Of a stretch of DNA of 32,000 nt, positions 26,692 to 32,000 are shown piece after piece. The DNA lies in the NCBI RefSeq assembly GCF_000011325.1, contig NC_003450.3, forward strand, positions 300,001-332,000, given 5' to 3'. Below the pieces are notes generated by a model. It was given only the letters and a program-made list of their open reading frames with translations. It had not been told where the DNA came from and ran no database searches. The DNA is from Corynebacterium glutamicum ATCC 13032. GTDB lineage: Bacteria; Actinomycetota; Actinomycetes; Mycobacteriales; Mycobacteriaceae. The position numbers and the translations under genes were made by a program. Position 1 is the stretch's first letter; each line of letters starts with the position of its first letter.

Positions 26692-28218
26692 TTAGGACCT
26701 ATCCGCCAACGTCGGCCGAATAGGCCGCGCAATCTGCGTCATCTGGCTACGTCCGCGCAGCTCCACGGACTTCATGAGCGTCCAGCGAGCCTGCTCCGCC
26801 TCGTTGGCCTCACGCAGCGTGGAAGCGTTGGTGACGGTGCGGCCTGGGGTCGTTTTCGCGATCTCCGTCAGGCGCGCAGCCTGGTTCACCGCGTCGCCGA
26901 TCACAGTGTACTCAAACCTCGCGTGACCGCCGATATGACCAGCAACGACATGGCCAGCAGCCACACCAATTCCGGCCTTGAGCTGGAGATCTTTCAGCTC
27001 TGCGCGGAGCTCACGGGCAGCCGCAAGCGCATGACCGGTGGCATCAGACAGGGGCAGGGGAGCGCCGAAAATCGCCAACGCCGCGTCACCCTGGAACTTG
27101 TTGATAACACCCTTGTTGCGGTGCACAACCTCCACGACGTGCTCGAAGAACTCATTGAGCGCCTCCACAACCTCTTCAGGAGTGTGGTTGACGGCAAAGG
27201 TAGTGGAGCCGATGACATCGACAAACAACACGGCAACCTTACGGTCCTCGCCACCCAGAGTGGGGCGTTCCTCCAGCGCACGCTTGGCCACTTCAGCGCC
27301 CACGTAGCGACCGAAAAGGTCACGGACGCGCTGACGTTCACGCAGGCCACGCATCATCTCATTGAAGCCAGCCTGAAGCACACCGATCTCAGAGCCATCA
27401 TAAATATCAACCTGCACATCGTTTTCACCACGACGAACCCTGTTGATGGCCTCCTGAAGTTCCCGAATCGGATCCACCACAGAGGACACCACAAGCCGGT
27501 TGCCCAGGTAACCCGTGACCAACGATGCAAACGCGAGCGCTGCGATGGCAGGCATAATTCCGGAGGCATCAGAGCCGAAAATGCCCTGCGAGTAGCCCCA
27601 AATAAGCAGCAGAATTCCCATCACTGGAATGCCCAACGTCAGCAACCACGTCATACGCAAGCGCTGGCTCACAGGTGGTTCCAGCGTGGAATCCTCAAAT
27701 CGACGCGCCAGGGCAGACGCAGCAACCGGACGCACCAAACGCTCAGCCTCAAGGTAGGTGAGCAGCACGACGATTGCGGCAGCCATCAACGTGGAAAACG
27801 CCACGACCAGCGCCAAACTGGTAGACACACTGGCCGAAATCAACGTTGCAATTGCAATGCCGATTAACCACACCACTGCGCACAGAATTGCCTGGTAGAT
27901 GGGGATGCGCATAACCAAGTTGCGCACCATATTTCGGTCATGATCTTCAGGGCTTCGCTGCCAATCAAGCACCGGGCGGAACATCAAAAATGTCACCAGC
28001 ATGCCCGCGACAATGGCGAACGCCAGGTATGCGAAACCAACAGCTGGCAGATACGAGATCTCAGCGTTGAAATTTGAAGCATCTGGCTGCGGAATGAGGA
28101 AGCGCACAAACAGCATTACTGCGAGCGCACCAAACACATTCGTGCCGAGCACCGTCGCAGCATACAGCGGCCACGATGTGCCCCACAGCCATTTCAATGC
28201 TCTAAGCAATCGACTCAT
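26692..28218 (-). CDS. cyaB: Membrane-bound class III adenylate cyclase (6 TM + HAMP + cyclase homology domain)
   Basis: Cyclase domain motifs: KVAVLFVDVIGSTTFA, FQGDAALAIFGAP, EYTVIGDAVNQAARL. I prefer the ATG at 28218 (MSRLLRALKWLW...). The track ORF continues upstream to 28839, antisense to holB, and that extension is not credible. Confidence 0.9.
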   Translation of the reverse strand: MSRLLRALKWLWGTSWPLYAATVLGTNVFGALAVMLFVRFLIPQPDASNFNAEISYLPAVGFAYLAFAIVAGMLVTFLMFRPVLDWQRSPEDHDRNMVRNLVMRIPIYQAILCAVVWLIGIAIATLISASVSTSLALVVAFSTLMAAAIVVLLTYLEAERLVRPVAASALARRFEDSTLEPPVSQRLRMTWLLTLGIPVMGILLLIWGYSQGIFGSDASGIMPAIAALAFASLVTGYLGNRLVVSSVVDPIRELQEAINRVRRGENDVQVDIYDGSEIGVLQAGFNEMMRGLRERQRVRDLFGRYVGAEVAKRALEERPTLGGEDRKVAVLFVDVIGSTTFAVNHTPEEVVEALNEFFEHVVEVVHRNKGVINKFQGDAALAIFGAPLPLSDATGHALAAARELRAELKDLQLKAGIGVAAGHVVAGHIGGHARFEYTVIGDAVNQAARLTEIAKTTPGRTVTNASTLREANEAEQARWTLMKSVELRGRSQMTQIARPIRPTLADRS

Positions 28219-28225
28219 GCTCAAT

Positions 28226-28275
28226 ACTCTAACGTGCCGGTGCGACATCGCGAGGATGTAGTGAGGAAGTAGTGT
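28226..28275. promoter_or_regulatory. Back-to-back candidate -10 boxes for leaderless cyaB and holB transcripts
   Basis: On the minus strand, TAGAGT (28231-28226) lies 7 nt upstream of the cyaB ATG at 28218. On the plus strand, TAGTGT (28270-28275) lies 7 nt upstream of the holB GTG at 28283. Neither start codon has an SD sequence. Confidence 0.35.
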
Positions 28276-28282
28276 AGAGATC

Positions 28283-29542
28283 GTGACTAATTCGAGTGTG
28301 TTTGACAGTCTCGCCGGCTCCAAAACAGTGTCCAAGACGCTTTTCGACGCGGCCTCCAGCGCGCGTGCCCTTGTCCGCGCCCGAACCACAGAACGTGCCC
28401 GCGCCCGGGCAGAACACCAAAACCCTGCAATGATCCACGACTCCGGCTTTGCCCAGTCATGGCTGTTTACAGGCCCTCCCGGATCGGGACGTTCTGTGGC
28501 AGCCAAGGTTTTCGCCGCTACGCTCGTATGTTCGAATCCGGATGTTGTGGGCTGTGGACAATGCGAGGATTGCCGCGCCGCCATGGGAGGCAGCCACCCC
28601 GATATTGAACACATCGTCCCGCAGCAATTGTCTATCGGTGTTGATGCAGCTAGAGAGGTCATCAAAGCCGCAGCGGTCAGTCCTGTTGCAGGAAACTGGC
28701 GAGTCGTCATCTTCGAAAACGCCGACCGACTCACCATGCAAGCCGCCAACGCCTTGCTGAAAACCGTGGAGGAACCAACCGAAAGCACCGTGATGATTCT
28801 GTGCGCACCCACCACAGACCCCCGCGACATTGCGATCACCCTCCGCTCCCGCTGCAGGCACCTCTACATTCCCACCCCCTCCATCGCGGAAGTCGCACGA
28901 ATCCTCGTAGCTGAAGGCAACGTCAGCCAAGCGGATGCAGAATTAGCGGCGGCTGCCTCAGGCGCTCACATCGGCAGGGCTCGATACTTAGCGCACAACA
29001 ACGCCGCCCAACGCAGACGCGCCAGCATCCTCAACCTGGCCGAATTAATCTTCCACGGTGATGTCGCCTTCCGCTCCGTAAACACCTTGGTCAAAATGGT
29101 GGAAACCGAAGCCAAAGACAGCAACAAAGAAAAAGAAGAAGCCGAACTCGAAGCCGTAAGAATCTCACTCGGCATGGGGGCCAAAGGCAAAGGTGTCCAC
29201 AAAGCAGTACGTGGAGGAGCGGGAGATTTCAAAGCACTCGAAGACCAACAAAAACTCCGACGCACCCGATTCCTCCGCGACAGCCTCGACCTCGCACTCG
29301 TCGACCTAGCCGGCATCTACCGCGATGCCATCATCATTTCCTCCCAAGCCCAAGTCGGACTCACACACCCCGATATGGAAGGCCTCTCCCAAGAACTCGC
29401 AACAAAAGTAAGCCAAGAAGGACTCCTGGCATGCCTCGACGCGATCTCCAAATGCCGCGAATCCTTCGGCTTCAATGTACGACCCATCGTGGCCATGGAC
29501 GCCCTGGTAGGACGCCTGCGCAAAGCCTACAAAGTGTCCTAA
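28283..29542 (+). CDS. holB: DNA polymerase III delta' subunit
   Basis: P-loop-like GPPGSGRS. Cys cluster CSNPDVVGCGQCEDC. SRC-like motif (TLRSRC). Its position next to topA/cya matches Rv3644c. Confidence 0.85.
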   Translation: MTNSSVFDSLAGSKTVSKTLFDAASSARALVRARTTERARARAEHQNPAMIHDSGFAQSWLFTGPPGSGRSVAAKVFAATLVCSNPDVVGCGQCEDCRAAMGGSHPDIEHIVPQQLSIGVDAAREVIKAAAVSPVAGNWRVVIFENADRLTMQAANALLKTVEEPTESTVMILCAPTTDPRDIAITLRSRCRHLYIPTPSIAEVARILVAEGNVSQADAELAAAASGAHIGRARYLAHNNAAQRRRASILNLAELIFHGDVAFRSVNTLVKMVETEAKDSNKEKEEAELEAVRISLGMGAKGKGVHKAVRGGAGDFKALEDQQKLRRTRFLRDSLDLALVDLAGIYRDAIIISSQAQVGLTHPDMEGLSQELATKVSQEGLLACLDAISKCRESFGFNVRPIVAMDALVGRLRKAYKVS

Positions 29543-29628
29543 ACACCCCAAATTATTGAAGTCAAGAACACATCAGGTAAAGTAGCCAATCGGTAAATAG
29601 TGAAGTTAAATTTCTACAGTATTTCCGT

Positions 29629-29704
29629 GCCGCTTTAGCTCAGTCGGTAGAGCGTCTCACTCGTAATGAGAAGGTCGCGAGTTCGATTCTCGCAAGCGGC
29701 TCCA
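29629..29704 (+). tRNA. tRNA-Thr (anticodon CGT), CCA encoded
   Basis: Hand-folded cloverleaf. Acceptor GCCGCTT/AAGCGGC, D-stem GCTC/GAGC, anticodon stem TCTCA/TGAGA with loop CTCGTAA, T-arm GCGAG-TTCGATT-CTCGC, discriminator T, then CCA. Confidence 0.95.
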
Positions 29705-29710
29705 CATAAA

Positions 29711-29744
29711 CCCCAGGTCAAACAAGGTTTGAGCTGGGGTTTTC
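29711..29744 (+). terminator. Terminator after tRNA-Thr
   Basis: CCCCAGGTCAAAC-AAG-GTTTGAGCTGGGG (1 mismatch), followed by TTTT. Confidence 0.75.
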
Positions 29745-29932
29745 TGAATGGGTGGGCGGAGGCCGCGCAATTTTCGGGTTTTACTGCCTGGATTCCATTT
29801 ACGATGGAACATTTTTGAAGAATACCTCGTTGAATCTAGTGCAAGTTCCAGCGAAAACCTTCCAAAACTGACCAAGTTTAAGAAGATTCGCTACCCTATG
29901 AATCAGTTGTAGGAGTAAGAGGGGAGTTAGAG

Positions 29933-30379
29933 ATGAAGATCAGAAGTGCACGTGAAATCGCGGAGTGGTTCGTTGCCTGGGGAGATGAACTCGATGCTGA
30001 AGTCTCCCCTTTGAAATTGCAGAAGCTCCTTTATTACTCCCAGGGTGAGCATATAGCTGCAACAGGGCGAAAACTTTTCTCGGATAAGATTCTGGCGTGG
30101 CAGCACGGACCTGTCACTCCGGGCGTTTATTCAGATACAAAATCATACGGCCGAAACCCAATTGATCCTGATGAGTTTGTGTCAGATGAATTTAACTGGG
30201 ATGACTACTCAGATGTGTCAGATGAGCTTGTAACCGTATGGCGAAAATACGGCATCTATTCGGCGTGGGCACTGAGGGAAAAAACTCACAGTGAATCGCC
30301 GTGGCTCGATGCCTGGGCACAAGGGCAAAATATTGAAATTACAGATGCTGCGCTGAAAGATTTCTTCTTGGTGCATTAG
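29933..30379 (+). CDS. Panacea/DUF4065 domain protein (SocA/GepA-like putative antitoxin; phage-associated protein)
   Basis: Strong RBS AGGAGTAAGAGGGGAG. 148 aa with the DUF4065-like core ...SPLKLQKLLYYSQGEHIA...AWQHGPVTPGVY..., recognised from memory. AT-richer than the flanking DNA. Confidence 0.75.
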   Translation: MKIRSAREIAEWFVAWGDELDAEVSPLKLQKLLYYSQGEHIAATGRKLFSDKILAWQHGPVTPGVYSDTKSYGRNPIDPDEFVSDEFNWDDYSDVSDELVTVWRKYGIYSAWALREKTHSESPWLDAWAQGQNIEITDAALKDFFLVH

Positions 30380-30383
30380 AAAT

Positions 30384-30812
30384 TTGAAAAAGAAACGAAG
30401 GTATCGCGGCCAACCGCCAACAGATAAACCAAGCATTCCTCCATCAGGGCCACCACGAGATCCTGGTAATCCAAAAATTAGCTTTCGTCTTATTTAACCT
30501 CGTTGGGGAGTTGAAGAACTAAATGCAGATCAAGCTAGAGCGTTTCTACTGAAGTGGGAAAAACGTTCCTCAATGACGTGGAATGAAATTATGATGGCCC
30601 ACAAGCATAGCCTAGGTTCGGAAACGCTACCAGCTAAAAGCATTATTCCCGACTTGCCGGAATGGATGGATTCTAGTGAGAAGTTACTAGTTTTAAGGCA
30701 TGAAGGTCGCCTACCTCAAGTTGGTATCCGCATCGGAGATACGTTTGAAGTCATTTGGATTGAGCCTGAATTTAATGCTCTTTATTCGCATGATGGCAAG
30801 AACCGGCGGTAA
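30384..30812 (+). pseudogene. Unknown-function ORF interrupted by an in-frame TAA (30495-30497); the track shows only the C-terminal 79 aa (30573-30812)
   Basis: My translation from TTG 30384 is in the same frame as the track ORF (offset 189 nt): KKKRRYRGQPPTDKPSIPPSGPPRDPGNPKISFRLI * PRWGVEELNADQARAFLLKWEKRSSMTWNEIMMAHKHSLGSETLP...EVIWIEPEFNALYSHDGKNRR. The frame is protein-like on both sides of the stop. Confidence 0.4.
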
Positions 30813-30972
30813 GAGTAGAGATGATAGCAAACTGATGTTCGCCTTGCTTAGAGGACTTGAAAGTTTAGATTCGGTGTAGCTGAACAAGCACTTATGCACT
30901 TCCTGCAGGGCACCAGGTTAAGGCAGTCAGTCATTATTATCGAAAACCCACGACTAACAAAAGGCCTCCACC

Positions 30973-31536
30973 ATGAAAACTGCTTCTGATCCGATTGACT
31001 GGAATCCGCAGCGCATCGCTGTTTCTGGCGTGAGTGGTGTGGGAAAAACGACGTTGTGCAAGCAAATCGCTGCACTTTCAGGATTCCCTCGGGTGGAGTT
31101 GGACAGCCTTTATCATGGGGAAAATTGGGTGCCGCGTGAGACTTTCGTTGCAGAGGTACAGGATTTCATCAAAGGTCCACAGTGGGTGATGGAGTTGCAG
31201 TATCGGCAGGTTCGTCCACTCATTGTGGAGCGGGCGGATACGGTGCTGTGGTTGGATTATTCGACACCGAGGCAGATGTTTCGGTTGATTAAGCGAACTA
31301 TTCCGAGAAGTTTGTTTAAGACAAAGCTGTTTAATGACAATATCGAGCCGCCTCTGTGGACGATTTTTAAGGATCCTGACCATATTGTGCGGTGGGGTTG
31401 GCAGACTAGGAACTCGTTGAAGAAGGTCACGCCAACCTTCGAGGGACGGTTTGCTCCGCTGACAGTGGTGCGCCTGAGCAGCCCAAAAGAGACAAAGCGC
31501 TGGTTGAGGGCATATGGGGAAAGCGTGAAACTCTGA
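30973..31536 (+). CDS. P-loop NTPase, adenylate-kinase-like (topology modulation protein/FlaR-type AAA ATPase)
   Basis: Walker A GVSGVGKTT near the N-terminus. 187 aa. The overall pattern (...ADTVLWLDY...) matches the small kinase-like family widespread in actinobacteria. Confidence 0.7.
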   Translation: MKTASDPIDWNPQRIAVSGVSGVGKTTLCKQIAALSGFPRVELDSLYHGENWVPRETFVAEVQDFIKGPQWVMELQYRQVRPLIVERADTVLWLDYSTPRQMFRLIKRTIPRSLFKTKLFNDNIEPPLWTIFKDPDHIVRWGWQTRNSLKKVTPTFEGRFAPLTVVRLSSPKETKRWLRAYGESVKL

Positions 31537-31551
31537 TAGGGTGCCATATCC

Positions 31552-32000
31552 ATGGCAGAAAGTTTTATAGAGGTCTCGGCGGGGCATGCGGATCGGCGGA
31601 TAGATAAGTTTTTGCGGGCACAGCTAAAGGGCGTGCCCGCGTCGTTGATTTTCCGTCAAATGCGTAAAGGCGACATTCGGGTGAATGGTCGTAAAGTGGA
31701 TCCGAATTACCGGTTGCAAGAAGGCGACCGAATTCGAATGTGGCAGATGGATTTGCTGGCAGATTTGCCGCCACCGGTCGTCGATAAGCATATTTTTAAG
31801 GCTGTCGCAGACAGCGTGCTTTTTGAGGACGCCGAATTACTGGTGATCAATAAGCCAGCTGGAATTCCTGTGCACGGTGGCACGGGGCACGGCGGTGGCG
31901 TGATTGAGGCGCTGCGGCAGAAGTTTCCGCAGGAACGCGACCTGGAATTGGTGCATCGTTTGGATCGGGACACCTCAGGTTTGTTGCTGGTTTCTAAAAC
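31552..32000 (+). CDS. RluC/RluD-family rRNA pseudouridine synthase, 5' part (continues past the window end)
   Basis: My own translation from ATG 31552: MAESFIEVSAGHADRRIDKFLRAQLKGVPASLIFRQMRKGDIRVNGRKV (S4 domain) ...LLVINKPAGIPVHGG...LVHRLDRDTSGLLLVSK (catalytic Asp motif). There is no stop in the window, so it is absent from the track. Confidence 0.85.
   Translation, partial: MAESFIEVSAGHADRRIDKFLRAQLKGVPASLIFRQMRKGDIRVNGRKVDPNYRLQEGDRIRMWQMDLLADLPPPVVDKHIFKAVADSVLFEDAELLVINKPAGIPVHGGTGHGGGVIEALRQKFPQERDLELVHRLDRDTSGLLLVSK

Noticed and set aside
26659-27867. 402-aa + strand ORF, plus the 28219-28839 upstream extension of the cyaB ORF
   Set aside because: The first is antisense to the adenylate cyclase catalytic and HAMP regions. 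The second is antisense to holB and lacks TM or cyclase features. The -10 box plus ATG at 28218 gives a sensible cyaB start.
29629-31545. Intact prophage or integrative element at tRNA-Thr
   Set aside because: There is no integrase, excisionase or structural gene. I could not find a direct repeat of the tRNA 3' end downstream. It is kept only as a decayed-islet hypothesis.

Overview
High-GC actinobacterial chromosome segment. From memory of the protein sequences (no search was possible) it looks like Corynebacterium glutamicum: GlxR, CyaB and the phd phenylpropanoid cluster are all present. Gene order matches M. tuberculosis Rv3677c to Rv3644c. Left to right: (1) phd catabolic cluster, with phdA truncated at the window edge, phdR, and phdBCDE divergent from phdR. 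(2) MBL hydrolase, glxR, a small membrane protein, then nth, a TlpA-like thiol-disulfide oxidoreductase, a NUDIX hydrolase and a MarP-like protease. (3) A 567-bp convergent intergenic region filled with phased hairpin repeats. (4) alpha/beta hydrolase, a holin-X-like membrane protein and a HAD phosphatase. (5) A 6C-type small RNA. (6) A Tad/Flp-like secretion cluster (CpaE/Ssd-like, TadA, TadB, TadC and three pilin-like ORFs) converging on a DECH-box helicase. (7) cspA, a 650-bp apparently non-coding gap, topA, a YhhN protein, cyaB and holB. (8) tRNA-Thr(CGU), followed by an AT-richer accessory islet holding a Panacea/DUF4065 gene, an adjacent ORF split by an in-frame stop, and a P-loop NTPase. 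(9) The 5' part of an RluC-like pseudouridine synthase. Most of the window is conserved core genome. I see no clear-cut new multi-gene system. The best leads are the Panacea gene with its interrupted partner ORF, the hairpin repeat array at 11.34-11.80 kb, the 6C RNA next to the Tad/helicase neighbourhood, and a perfect 14-bp inverted repeat in the cspA-topA gap. Many long ORFs in the track are antisense artefacts of the high GC content.
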